Shown piece after piece: positions 14,561 to 30,600 of a DNA stretch of 64,000 bases; position 1 is the first letter of the stretch; each line of letters begins with the position of its first letter. This stretch comes from Paragordius varius (taxonomy: Eukaryota > Animalia > Nematomorpha): contig OZ176060.1 of NCBI GenBank assembly GCA_964247055.1, positions 62,001 to 126,000 of the forward strand, written 5' to 3'. The notes beneath the pieces are model-generated. The model did not search any database. It was given only the letters and a program-made list of their open reading frames with translations, and was not told where the DNA came from. Position numbers and translations under genes: made by a program.

Positions 14561-17500
14561 TTATTTTTATTATAGAATCCATCATAAATGTATTTTTGGA
14601 TTCAACAATCTACCGTAAATAATGCAATGTTTAACACAATGAATAAATTCGTTTTAATTTGGTTAATGATTCTTATATGATTGTTGAGTCTCTATGCAGG
14701 ATTTTGAATATAATTTTACCAATAAAAACATTGGTCTTTTTTTGAGCTTAAACACGTATTCATCCTAAATTGATACTTGCTCGTCGCATCATAGATTATT
14801 TGTATTATAGAATCCATTATAAATGTATTTTTGGATTCAACAATCTACCATAAATAATGATTTTTATTGAATTGTTGAGTCTATATGCAGGATTTTGAAT
14901 ATAATTTTACAACTAAAAACATTGGTCTTTAATTTGAGCTTAAACACGTATTCATCGTAAATTCATACTTGCTCGTTGCATTATTGATTATTTTTATTAT
15001 AGAATCCATTTAAATGTATTTTTGGATTCAACAATCTACCGTAAATAATGCAATGTTTAACACAATGAATAAATACGTTTTAATTTGGTTAATGATTCTT
15101 ATTTGATTGTTATGTCTTTATGCAGGATTTTGAATATAATTTTACAAGTAAAAACATTGGACTTTTATTTGAGCTTAAACACGTATTCATCCTAAATTGA
15201 TACTTGCTCGTTGCATTATTGATTATTTTTATTATAGAATCCATTTAAATGTATTTTTGGATTCAACAATCTACCGTAAATAATGCAATGTTTAACACAA
15301 TGAATAAATACGTTTTAATTTGGTTAATGATTCTTATTTGATTGTTGAGTCTCTATGCAGGATTTTGAATATAATTTTACAAATAAAAACATTGGTCTTT
15401 TTTTGAGCTTAAACACGTATTCATCTTTAAATGATACTTGCTCGTCGCATTATTGATTATTTTTATTATAGAATCCATTTAAATGTATTTTTGGATTCAA
15501 CAATCTACCGTAAATAATGCAATGTTTAACACAATGAATAAATACGTTTTAATTTGGTTAATGATTCATATTTGATTGTTGAGTCTCTATGCAGGATTTT
15601 GAATATAATTTTACAAATAAAAACATTGGTCTTTTTTTGAGCTTAAACACGTATTCATCTTTAAATGATACTTGCTCGTTGCATTATTGATTATTTTTAT
15701 TATAGAATCCATTTAAATGTATTTTTGGATTCAACAATCTACCGTAAATAATGCAATGTTTAACACAATGAATAAATACGTTTTAATTTGGTTAATGATT
15801 CTTATTTGATTGTTGAGTCTCTATGCAGGATTTTGAATATAATTTTACAAATAAAAACATTGGTCTTTTTTTGAGCTTAAACACGTATTCATCTTTAAAT
15901 GATACTTGCTCGTCGCATTATTGATTATTTTTATTATAGAATCCATTTAAATGTATTTTTGGATTCAACAATCTACCGTAAATAATGCAATGTTTAACAC
16001 AATGAATAAATACGTTTTAATTTGGTTAATGATTCTTATTTGATTGTTATGTCTTTATGCAGGATTTTGAATATAATTTTACAAGTAAAAACATTGGACT
16101 TTTATTTGAGCTTAAACACGTATTCATCCTAAATTGATACTTGCTCGTTGCATTATTGATTATTTTTATTATAGAATCCATTTAAATGTATTTTTGGATT
16201 CAACAATCTACCGTAAATAATGCATGTTTAACACAATGAATAAATACGTTTTAATTTGGTTAATGATTCTTATTTGATTGTTGAGTCTTTATGCAGGATT
16301 TTGAATATAATTTTACAAGTAAAAACATTGGACTTTTATTTGAGCTTTAACACGTATTCATCCTAAATTGATACTTGATCATCGCATTATTGATTATTTG
16401 TATTATAGAATCCATCTTAAATGTATTTTTGGATTCAACAATCTACCGTAAATAATGCAATGTTTAACACAATGAATAAATACGTTTTAATTTGGTTAAT
16501 GATTCATATTTGATTGTTGAGTCTCTATGCAGGATTTTTAATATAATTTTACAAGTAAAAACATTGGACTTTTATTTGAGCTTTAACACGTATTCATCCT
16601 AAATTGATACTTGCTCGTTGCATTATTGATTATTTTTATTATAGAATCCATCTTAAATGTATTTTTGGATTCAACAATCTACCGTAAATAATGCAATGTT
16701 TAACACAATGAATAAATACGTTTTAATTTGGTTAATGATTCATATTTGATTGTTGAGTCTCTATGCAGGATTTTGAATATAATTTTACAACTAAAAACAT
16801 TGGTCTTTTATTTGAGCTTCAATACGTATTCATCCTAAATTGATACTTGCTCGTCGCATTATTGATTATTTGGTTATATTTTGGATTCAACAATCTACCG
16901 TAAATAATGCAATGTTTAACACAATGAATTTTATTAAATACGTTCTAATTTGGTTAATGATTCTTATTTGATTTTTGGGTCTATATGCAGGATTTTGAAT
17001 ATAATTTTACAACTAAAAACATTGGTCTTTTATTTGAGCTTCAATACGTATTCATCCTAAATTGATACTTGCTCGTCGCATTATTGATTATTTGGTTATA
17101 TTTTGGATTCAACAATCTACCGTAAATAATGCAATGTTTAACACAATGAATTTTATTAAATACGTTCTAATTTGGTTAATGATTCTTATTTGATTTTTGG
17201 GTCTATATGCAGGATTTTGAATATAATTTTACAACTAAAAACATTGGTCTTTTATTTGAGCTTCAATACGTATTCATCTTAAATTGATACTTGCTCGTCG
17301 CATCATAGATTATTTGTATTATAGAATCCATTATAAATGTATTTTTGGATTCAACAATCTACCATAAATAATGATTTTTATTGAATTGTTGAGTCTATAT
17401 GCAGGATTTTGAATATAATTTTACAACTAAAAACATTGGTCTTTTATTTGAGCTTAAACACGTATTCATCGTAAATTTATACTTGCTCGTTGCATTATTG

Positions 17501-18650
17501 ATTATTTTTATTATAGAATCCATTTAAATGTATTTTTGGATTCAACAATCTACCGTAAATAATGCAATGTTTAACACAATGAATAAATACGTTTTAATTT
17601 GGTTAATGATTCTTATTTGATTGTTATGTCTTTATGCAGGATTTTGAATATAATTTTACAACTAAAAACATTGGTCTTTTATTTGAGCTTCAATACGTAT
17701 TCATCCTAAATTGATACTTGCTCGTCGCATTATTGATTATTTGTTTAAAGAATCGATGTTAAATGTATTTTTGGATTCAACAATTAACCGTAAATAATGC
17801 AATGAATAACACAGTGAATATAATAAAATACGTTTTAGATTGGTAAATGATTCTTATTTGATTGTTGAGTCTATGTGCAGGATTTTCAATATAATTTTAC
17901 AAATAAAAACATTGGTCTTTTATTTGAGCTTAAACAGGTATTCATCCTAAATTGATACTTGCTCGTCGCATTATTGATTATTTGATTATAGAATCCATAT
18001 TAAATGTATTTTTGGATTCAACAATCTACCGTAAATAATGCAATTTTTTACACAATGAATAAATACGTTTTAATTTGGTTAATGATTCTAATTTGATTGT
18101 TGAGTCTATATGCAGGATTTTGAATATAATTGTACAAGTAAAAACATTGGTCTTTTATTTGAGCTTAAACACGTATGCATCCTAAATTGATACTTGCTTG
18201 TCGCATTATTGATTATTTGATTATAGAATTCATATTAAATGTATTTTTGGATTCAACAATCTACCGTAAATAATGCAATTTTTTACACAATGAATAAATA
18301 CGTTTTAATTTGGTTAATGATTCTAATTTGATTGTTGAGTCTCTATGCAGGATTTTGAATATAATTGTACAAGTAAAAACATTGGTCTTTTATTTGAGCT
18401 TCAATACGTATTCATCCTAAATTGATACTTGCTCGTCGCATTATTGATTATTTGATTATAGAATCCATATTAAATGTATTTTTGGATTCAACAATCTACC
18501 GTAAATAATGCAATTTTTTACACAATGAATAAATACGTTTTAATTTGGTTATTGATTCTAATTTGATTGTTGAGTCTGTATGCAGGATTTTGAATATAAT
18601 TTTGCAACTAAAAACATTGGTCTTTTATTTAAGCTTCAATACGTATTCAT
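14561..18650. repeat. Satellite domain B1: ~235-bp monomer
   Basis: Carries TTATTATAGAATCCATTTAAATGTATTTTTGG, plus AATGAATAAATACG, GATACTTGCTCG and often GAGCTTAAACACG. Measured period 234 (15241, 15475, 15709). Confidence 0.9.
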
Positions 18651-21600
18651 CCTAAATTGATATTTGATCGTCGCATTGATTATTTGTATATAGAATCCAT
18701 GTTTAATGTATTTTTGGATTCAACAATTAACCTTAAATAATGCAATGTTTAAAAAAATGAATTTAATAAAATACGTTGTTTTAATTTAGTTAATGATTCT
18801 TATTTGATTGTTGAATCTATCAGAATTTTGAATATATTTTTACAACTAAAAACATGGGTCTTTTATTTGAGCTTCAATACGTATTCATCCAAAATTGATA
18901 TTTGATCGTCGCATTATTGATTATTTGTATTATAGAATCCATGTTTAATGTATTTTTGGATTCAACAATTAACCTTAAATAATGCAATGTTTAAAAAAAT
19001 GAATTTAATAAAATACGTTTTAATTTAGTTAATGATTCTTATTTGATTGTTGAATCTATCAGAATTTTGAATATATTTTTACAACTAAAAACATGGGTAT
19101 TTTATTTGAGCTTCAATACGTATTCATCCTAAATTGATATTTGATCGTCGCATTATTGATTATTTGTATTATAGAATCCATGTTTAATGTATTTTTGGAT
19201 TCAACAATTAACCTTAAATAATGCAATGTTTAAAAAAATGAATTTAATAAAATACGTTTTAATTTAGTTAATGATTCTTATTTGATTGTTGAATCTATCA
19301 GAATTTTGAATATATTTTTACAACTAAAAACATGGGTATTTTATTTGAGCTTCAATACGTATTCATCCTAAATTGATATTTGATCGTCGCATTATTGATT
19401 ATTTGTATTATAGAATCCATGTTTAATGTATTTTTGGATTCAACAATTAACCTTAAATAATGCAATGTTTAAAAAAATGAATTTAATAAAATACGTTTTA
19501 ATTTAGTTAATGATTCTTATTTGATTGTTGAATCTATATGCAGGATTTTGAATATATTTTTACAACTAAAAACATGGGTCTTTTATTTGAGCTTCAATAC
19601 GTATTCATCCTAAATTGATATTAGATCGTCGCATTGATTATTTGTATTATAGAATCCATGTTTAATGTATTATTGGATTCAACAATTAACCTTAAATAAT
19701 GCAATGTTTAAAAAAATGAATTTAATAAAATACGTTTTAATTTAGTTAATGATTCTTATTTGATTGTTGAATCTATCAGAATTTTGAATATATTTTTACA
19801 ACTGAAAACATGGGTCTTTTATTTGAGCTTCAATACGTATTCATCCTAAATTGATATTTGATCGTCGCATTATTGATTATTTGTATTATAGAATCCATGT
19901 TTAATGTATTTTTGGATTCAACAATGAACCTTAAATAATGCAATGTTTAACACAATGAATTTAATAAAATACGTTTTAATTTAGTTAATGATTCTTATTT
20001 GATTGTTGAATCTATATGCAGGATTTTGAATATAGTTTTACAACTAAAAACATGGGTCTTTTATTTTAGCTTCAATACGTATTCATCCTAAATTGATATT
20101 TGATCGTCGCATTATTTATTATTTGTATTATAGAATCCATGTTAAATGTATTTTTGGATTGAACAACTAACCATTAATTATTCAACGTTTAATATAACAC
20201 AATGAATTCAATAATACGTTTAATTTGGTTAATGATTCTTATTTGATTGTTGAGTCTATATGCAGGATTTTGAATATATTTTTACAACTAAAAACATTGG
20301 TCTTTTATTTGAGCTTCAATACGTATTCATCCTAAATTGATATTTGATCGTCGCATTATTGATTATTAGTATTATAGAATCCATGTTAAATGTATTTTTG
20401 GATTGAACAACTAACCATTAATTATTCAACGTTTAATATTACGAAATAAATTTAATAAAATACGTTTTAATTTAGTTAATGATTCTTATTTGCTTGAATC
20501 TATATGCAGGATTTTAAATATAGTTTTACAACTGAAAACATGGGTCTTTTATTTGAGCTTCAATACGTATTCATCCTAAATTGATATTTGATCGTCGCAT
20601 TATTGATTATTTGTATTATAGAATCCATGTTTAATGTATTTTTGGATTCAACAATGAACCTTAAATAATGCAATGTTTAACACAATGAATTTAATAAAAT
20701 ACGTTTTAATTTAGTTAATGATTCTTATTTGATTGTTGAATCTATATGCAGGATTTTGAATATATTTTTACAACTAAAAACATTGGTCTTTTATTTGAGC
20801 TTCAATAAGTATTCATCCTAAATTAATATTGTCGCATTATTGATTATTTGTATTATAGAATACATGTTAAATGTATTTTTGATTGAACAACTAACCATAA
20901 ATTATTCAACGTTTAATATAACACAATGAATTCAATAATACGTTTAATTTGGTTAATGCTTATTTGATTGTTGAGTCTATATGCAGGATTTTGAATATAG
21001 TTTTACAACTAAAAACATGAGTCTTTTATTTGAGCTTCAATACGTATTCATCCTAAATTGATATTTTCTCGTCGCATTATTGATTATTTTTATTATAGAA
21101 TCCATGTTAAATGTATTTTTGGATTGAACAACTAACCATTAATTATTCAACGTTTAATATTACAAAATAAATTTAATAAAATACGTTTTAATTTAGTTAA
21201 TGATTCTTATTTGCTTGAATCTATATGCAGAATTTTAAATATAGTTTTACAACTAAAAACATTGGTCTTTTATTTGAGCTTCAATAAGTATTCATCCTAA
21301 ATTGATATTTGATCGTCGCATTATTGATTATTTGTATTATAGAATCCATGTTAAATGTATTTTTGGATTGAACAACTAACCATAAATTATTCAACGTTTA
21401 ATATGACACAATGATTTCAATAATACGTTTAATTTGGTTAATGATTCTTATTTGATTGTTGAGTCTATATCCAGGATGTTAATTAGAGTTTTACAACTAA
21501 AAACATGGGTCTTTTATTTGAGCTTCAATACGTATTCATCCTAAATTGATATTTGATCGTCGCATTATTGATTATTTGTATTATAGAATCCATGTTTAAT

Positions 21601-24600
21601 GTATTTTTGGATTCAACAATGAACCTTAAATAATGCAATGTTTAACACAATGAATTTAATAAAATACGTTTTAATTTAGTTAATGATTCTTATTTGATTG
21701 TTGAATCTATATGCAGGATTTTGAATATATTTTTACAACTAAAAACATTGGTCTTTTATTTGAGCTTCAATAAGTATTCATCCTAAATTAATATTGTCGC
21801 ATTATTGATTATTTGTATTATAGAATACATGTTAAATGTATTTTTGATTGAACAACTAACCATAAATTATTCAACGTTTAATATAACACAATGAATTCAA
21901 TAATACGTTTAATTTGGTTAATGCTTATTTGATTGTTGAATCTATATGCAGGATTTTGAATATATTTTTACAACTAAAAACATGGGTCTTTTATTTGAGC
22001 TTCAATACGTATTCATCCTAAATTGATATTTTCTCGTCGCATTATTGATTATTTTTATTATAGAATCCATATTAAATGTATTTTTGGATTCAACAATCTA
22101 CCGTAAATAATGCAATGTTCAACACAGTGAATAAATACGTTTTAATTTGGTTAATGATTCTTATTTGATTGTTGAGTCTATATGGAGGATCTTGAATATA
22201 GTTTTACAACTAAAAACATTGGTCTTTTATTTAAGCTTCAATACGTATTCATCCTAAATTGATATTTGATCGTCGCATTGATTATTTGTATATAGAATCC
22301 ATGTTTAATGTATTTTTGGATTCAACAATTAACCTTAAATAATGCAATGTTTAAAAAAATGAATTTAATAAAATACGTTGTTTTAATTTAGTTAATGATT
22401 CTTATTTGATTGTTGAATCTATCAGAATTTTGAATATATTTTTACAACTAAAAACATGGGTCTTTTATTTGAGCTTCAATACGTATTCATCCAAAATTGA
22501 TATTTGATCGTCGCATTATTGATTATTTGTATTATAGAATCCATGTTTAATGTATTTTTGGATTCAACAATGAACCTTAAATAATGCAATGTTTAACACA
22601 ATGAATTTAATAAAATACGTTTTAATTTAGTTAATGATTCTTATTTGATTGTTGAATCTATATGCAGGATTTTGAATATATTTTTACAACTAAAAACATG
22701 GGTCTTTTATTTGAGCTTCAATACGTATTCATCCTAAATTGATATTTGATCGTCGCATTGATTATTTGTATTATAGAATCCATGTTTAATGTATTTTAGG
22801 ATTCAACAATTAACCTTAAATAATGCAATGTTTAAAAAAATGAATTTAATAAAATACGTTTTAATTTAGTTAATGATTCTTATTTGATTGTTGAATCTAT
22901 CAGAATTTTGAATATATTTTTACAACTAAAAACATGGGTATTTTATTTGAGCTTCAATAAGTATTCATCCTAAATTGATATTTGATCGTCGCATTATTGA
23001 TTATTTGTATTATAGAATCCATGTTAAATGTATTTTTGGATTGAACAACTAACCATTATTATTCAACGTGTAATATTACAAAATAAATTTAATAAAATAC
23101 GTTTTAATTTAGTTAATGATTCTTATTTGCTTGAATCTATATGCAGAATTTTAAATATAGTTTTACAACTAAAAACATTGGTCTTTTATTTGAGCTTCAA
23201 TAAGTATTCATCCTAAATTGATATTTGATCGTCGCATTATTGATTATTTGTATTATAGAATCCATGTTAAATGTATTTTTGGATTGAACAACTAACCATA
23301 AATTATTCAACGTTTAATATGACACAATGATTTCAATAATACGTTTAATTTGGTTAATGATTCTTATTTGATTGTTGAGTCTATATCCAGGATGTTAATT
23401 AGAGTTTTACAACTAAAAACATGGGTCTTTTATTTGAGCTTCAATACGTATTCATCCTAAATTGATATTTGATCGTCGCATTATTGATTATTTGTATTAT
23501 AGAATCCATGTTTAATGTATTTTTGGATTCAACAATTAACCTTAAATAATGCAATGTTTAATACAATGAATTTAATAAAATACGTTTTAATTTATTTAAT
23601 GATTCTTATTTGATTGTTGAATCTATATGCAGGATTTTGAATATATTTTGAGCTTCAATACGTATTCATCCTAAATTGATATTTGATCGTCGGATTATTG
23701 ATAATTTGTATTATAGAATCCATGTTTAATGTATTTTTGGATTCAACAATTAACCTTAAATAATGCAATGTTTAATACAATGAATTTAATAAAATACGTT
23801 TTAATTTAGTTAATGATTCTTATTTGATTGTTGAATCTATATGCACGATTTTGAATATATTTTTGTAACTAAAAACATTGGTCTTTCATTTGAGCTTCAA
23901 TACGTATTCATCCTAAATTGATATTTGATCGTCGGATTATTGATAATTTGTATTATAGAATCCATGTTTAATGTATTTTTGGATTCAACAATGAACCTTA
24001 AATAATGCAATGTTTAACACAATGAATTTAATAAAATACGTTTTAATTTAGTTAATGATTCTTATTTGATTGTTGAATCTATATGCAGGATTTTGAATAT
24101 ATTTTTACAACTAAAAACATTGGTCTTTTATTTGAGCTTCAATAAGTATTCATCCTAAATTAATATTGTCGCATTATTGATTATTTGTATTATAGAATAC
24201 ATGTTAAATGTATTTTTGATTGAACAACTAACCATAAATTATTCAACGTTTAATATAACACAATGAATTCAATAATACGTTTAATTTGGTTAATGCTTAT
24301 TTGATTGTTGAGTCTATATGCAGGATTTTGAATATAGTTTTACAACTAAAAACATGAGTCTTTTATTTGAGCTTCAATACGTATTCATCCTAAATTGATA
24401 TTTGATCGTCGCATTGATTATTTGTATATAGAATCCATGTTTAATGTATTTTTGGATTCAACAATTAACCTTAAATGAATGCAATGTTTAAAAAAATGAA
24501 TTTAATAAAATACGTTGTTTTAATTTAGTTAATGATTCTTATTTGATTGTTGAATCTATCAGAATTTTGAATATATTTTTACAACTAAAAACATGGGTCT

Positions 24601-27600
24601 TTTATTTGAGCTTCAATACGTATTCATCCAAAATTGATATTTGATCGTCGCATTATTGATTATTTGTATTATAGAATCCATGTTTAATGTATTTTTGGAT
24701 TCAACAATGAACCTTAAATAATGCAATGTTTAACACAATGAATTTAATAAAATACGTTTTAATTTAGTTAATGATTCTTATTTGATTGTTGAATCTATAT
24801 GCAGGATTTTGAATATATTTTTACAACTAAAAACATGGGTCTTTTATTTGAGCTTCAATACGTATTCATCCTAAATTGATATTTGATCGTCGCATTTTTG
24901 ATTATTTGTATTATAGAATCCATGTTTAATGTATTTTTGGATTCAACAATGAACCTTAAATAATGCAATGTTTAACACAATGAATTTAATAAAATACGTT
25001 TTAATTTAGTTAATGATTCTTATTTGATTGTTGAATCTATATGCAGGATTTTGAATATATTTTTACAACTAAAAACATGATTTGAGCTTCAATACGTATT
25101 CATCCTAAATTGATATTTGATCGTCGCATTGATTATTTGTATTATAGAATCCATGTTTAATGTATTTTTGGATTCAACAATTAACCTTAAATAATGCAAT
25201 GTTTAAAAAAATGAATTTAATAAAATACGTTTTAATTTAGTTAATGATTCTTATTTGATTGTTGAATCTATCAGAATTTTGAATATATTTTTACAACTGA
25301 AAACATGGGTCTTTTATTTGAGCTTCAATAGTATTCATCCTAAATTGATATTTGATCGTCGCATTATTGATTATTTGTATTATAGAATCCATGTTTAATG
25401 TATTTTTGGATTCAACAATGAACCTTAAATAATGCAATGTTTAACACAATGAATTTAATAAAATACGTTTTAATTTAGTTAATGATTCTTATTTGATTGT
25501 TGAATCTATATGCAGGATTTTGAATATAGTTTTACAACTAAAAACATGGGTCTTTTATTTTAGCTTCAATACGTATTCATCCTAAATTGATATTTGATCG
25601 TCGCATTATTTATTATTTGTATTATAGAATCCATGTTAAATGTATTTTTGGATTGAACAACTAACCATTAATTATTCAACGTTTAATATAACACAATGAA
25701 TTCAAAAATACGTTTAATTTATTTAATGATTCTTATTTGATTCTTGAATCTATATGCAGGATTTTGAATATATTTTTGCAACTAAAAACATTGGTCTTTC
25801 ATTTGAGCTTCAATAAGTATTCATCCTAAATTGATATTTGATCGTCGCATTATTGATAATTTGTATTATAGAATCCATGTTTAATGTATTTTTGGATTCA
25901 ACAATGAACCTTAAATAATGCAATGTTTAACACAATGAATTTAATAAAATACGTTTTAATTTAGTTAATGATTCTTATTTGATTGTTGAATCTATATGCA
26001 GGATTTTGAATATATTTTTACAACTAAAAACATTGGTCTTTTATTTGAGCTTCAATAAGTATTCATCCTAAATTGATATTTGATCGTCGCATTATTGATT
26101 ATTTGTATTATAGAATCCATGTTAAATGTATTTTTGGATTGAACAACTAACCATTATTATTCAACGTGTAATATTACAAAATAAATTTAATAAAATACGT
26201 TTTAATTTAGTTAATGATTCTTATTTGCTTGAATCTATATGCAGAATTTTAAATATAGTTTTACAACTAAAAACATTGGTCTTTTATTTGAGCTTCAATA
26301 AGTATTCATCCTAAATTGATATTTGATCGTCGCATTATTGATTATTTGTATTATAGAATCCATGTTAAATGTATTTTTGGATTGAACAACTAACCATAAA
26401 TTATTCAACGTTTAATATGACACAATGATTTCAATAATACGTTTAATTTGGTTAATGATTCTTATTTGATTGTTGAGTCTATATCCAGGATGTTAATTAG
26501 AGTTTTACAACTAAAAACATGGGTCTTTTATTTGAGCTTCAATACGTATTCATCCTAAATTGATATTTGATCGTCGCATTATTGATTATTTGTATTATAG
26601 AATCCATGTTTAATGTATTTTTGGATTCAACAATTAACCTTAAATAATGCAATGTTTAATACAATGAATTTAATAAAATACGTTTTAATTTATTTAATGA
26701 TTCTTATTTGATTGTTGAATCTATATGCAGGATTTTGAATATATTTTGAGCTTCAATACGTATTCATCCTAAATTGATATTTGATCGTCGGATTATTGAT
26801 AATTTGTATTATAGAATCCATGTTTAATGTATTTTTGGATTCAACAATTAACCTTAAATAATGCAATGTTTAATACAATGAATTTAATAAAATACGTTTT
26901 AATTTAGTTAATGATTCTTATTTGATTGTTGAATCTATATGCACGATTTTGAATATATTTTTGTAACTAAAAACATTGGTCTTTCATTTGAGCTTCAATA
27001 CGTATTCATCCTAAATTGATATTTGATCGTCGGATTATTGATAATTTGTATTATAGAATCCATGTTTAATGTATTTTTGGATTCAACAATGAACCTTAAA
27101 TAATGCAATGTTTAACACAATGAATTTAATAAAATACGTTTTAATTTAGTTAATGATTCTTATTTGATTGTTGAATCTATATGCAGGATTTTGAATATAT
27201 TTTTACAACTAAAAACATTGGTCTTTTATTTGAGCTTCAATAAGTATTCATCCTAAATTAATATTGTCGCATTATTGATTATTTGTATTATAGAATACAT
27301 GTTAAATGTATTTTTGATTGAACAACTAACCATAAATTATTCAACGTTTAATATAACACAATGAATTCAATAATACGTTTAATTTGGTTAATGCTTATTT
27401 GATTGTTGAGTCTATATGCAGGATTTTGAATATAGTTTTACAACTAAAAACATGAGTCTTTTATTTGAGCTTCAATACGTATTCATCCTAAATTGATATT
27501 TGATCGTCGCATTGATTATTTGTATATAGAATCCATGTTTAATGTATTTTTGGATTCAACAATTAACCTTAAATGAATGCAATGTTTAAAAAAATGAATT

Positions 27601-30600
27601 TAATAAAATACGTTGTTTTAATTTAGTTAATGATTCTTATTTGATTGTTGAATCTATCAGAATTTTGAATATATTTTTACAACTAAAAACATGGGTCTTT
27701 TATTTGAGCTTCAATACGTATTCATCCTAAATTGATATTTGATCGTCGCATTTTTGATTATTTGTATTATAGAATCCATGTTTAATGTATTTTTGGATTC
27801 AACAATGAACCTTAAATAATGCAATGTTTAACACAATGAATTTAATAAAATACGTTTTAATTTAGTTAATGATTCTTATTTGATTGTTGAATCTATATGC
27901 AGGATTTTGAATATATTTTTACAACTAAAAACATGGGTCTTTTATTTGAGCTTCAATACGTATTCATCCTAAATTGATATTTGATCGTCGCATTTTTGAT
28001 TATTTGTATTATAGAATCCATGTTTAATGTATTTTTGGATTCAACAATGAACCTTAAATAATGCAATGTTTAACACAATGAATTTAATAAAATACGTTTT
28101 AATTTAGTTAATGATTCTTATTTGATTGTTGAATCTATATGCAGGATTTTGAATATATTTTTACAACTAAAAACATGATTTGAGCTTCAATACGTATTCA
28201 TCCTAAATTGATATTTGATCGTCGCATTGATTATTTGTATTATAGAATCCATGTTTAATGTATTTTTGGATTCAACAATTAACCTTAAATAATGCAATGT
28301 TTAAAAAAATGAATTTAATAAAATACGTTTTAATTTAGTTAATGATTCTTATTTGATTGTTGAATCTATCAGAATTTTGAATATATTTTTACAACTGAAA
28401 ACATGGGTCTTTTATTTGAGCTTCAATACGTATTCATCCTAAATTGATATTTGATCGTCGCATTATTGATTATTTGTATTATAGAATCCATGTTTAATGT
28501 ATTTTTGGATTCAACAATGAACCTTAAATAATGCAATGTTTAACACAATGAATTTAATAAAATACGTTTTAATTTAGTTAATGATTCTTATTTGATTGTT
28601 GAATCTATATGCAGGATTTTGAATATAGTTTTACAACTAAAAACATGGGTCTTTTATTTTAGCTTCAATACGTATTCATCCTAAATTGATATTTGATCGT
28701 CGCATTATTTATTATTTGTATTATAGAATCCATGTTAAATGTATTTTTGGATTGAACAACTAACCATTAATTATTCAACGTTTAATATAACACAATGAAT
28801 TCAAAAATACGTTTAATTTATTTAATGATTCTTATTTGATTCTTGAATCTATATCCAGGATGTTAATTAGAGTTTTACAACTAAAAACATGGGTCTTTTA
28901 TTTGAGCTTCAATACGTATTCATCCTAAATTGATATTTGATCGTCGCATTATTGATTATTTGTATTATAGAATCCATGTTTAATGTATTTTTGGATTCAA
29001 CAATTAACCTTAAATAATGCAATGTTTAATACAATGAATTTAATAAAATACGTTTTAATTTATTTAATGATTCTTATTTGATTGTTGAATCTATATGCAG
29101 GATTTTGAATATATTTTTGCAACTAAAAACATTGGTCTTTCATTTGAGCTTCAATACGTATTCATCCTAAATTGATATTTGATCGTCGGATTATTGATAA
29201 TTTGTATTATAGAATCCATGTTTAATGTATTTTTGGATTCAACAATTAACCTTAAATAATGCAATGTTTAATACAATGAATTTAATAAAATACGTTTTAA
29301 TTTATTTAATGATTCTTATTTGATTGTTGAATCTATATGCAGGATTTTGAATATATTTTTGCAACTAAAAACATTGGTCTTTCATTTGAGCTTCAATACG
29401 TATTCATCCTAAATTGATATTTGATCGTCGGATTATTGATAATTTGTATTATAGAATCCATGTTTAATGTATTTTTGGATTCAACAATGAACCTTAAATA
29501 ATGCAATGTTTAACACAATGAATTTAATAAAATACGTTTTAATTTAGTTAATGATTCTTATTTGATTGTTGAATCTATATGCAGGATTTTGAATATATTT
29601 TTACAACTAAAAACATTGGTCTTTTATTTGAGCTTCAATAAGTATTCATCCTAAATTAATATTGTCGCATTATTGATTATTTGTATTATAGAATACATGT
29701 TAAATGTATTTTTGATTGAACAACTAACCATAAATTATTCAACGTTTAATATAACACAATGAATTCAATAATACGTTTAATTTGGTTAATGCTTATTTGA
29801 TTGTTGAGTCTATATGCAGGATTTTGAATATAGTTTTACAACTAAAAACATGAGTCTTTTATTTGAGCTTCAATACGTATTCATCCTAAATTGATATTTG
29901 ATCGTCGCATTATTGATTATTTGTATTATAGAATCCATGTTTAATGTATTTTTGGATTCAACAATGAACCTTAAATAATGCAATGTTTAACACAATGAAT
30001 TTAATAAAATACGTTTTAATTTAGTTAATGATTCTTATTTGATTGTTGAATCTATCAGAATTTTGAATATATTTTTACAACTAAAAACATTGGTCTTTTA
30101 TTTGAGCTTCAATAAGTATTCATCTTAAATTAATATTGTCGCATTATTGATTATTTGTATTATAGAATACATGTTAAATGTATTTTTGATTGAACAACTA
30201 ACCATAAATTATTCAACGTTTAATATAACACAATGAATTCAATAATACGTTTAATTTGGTTAATGCTTATTTGATTGTTGAATCTATATGCACGATTTTG
30301 AATATATTTTTGTAACTAAAAACATTGGTCTTTCATTTGAGCTTCAATACGTATTCATCCTAAATTGATATTTGATCGTCGGATTATTGATAATTTGTAT
30401 TATAGAATCCATGTTTAATGTATTTTTGATTGAACAACTAACCATAAATTATTCAACGTTTAATATAACACAATGAATTCAATAATACGTTTAATTTGGT
30501 TAATGCTTATTTGATTGTTGAATCTATATGCACGATTTTGAATATATTTTTGTAACTAAAAACATTGGTCTTTCATTTGAGCTTCAATACGTATTCATCC

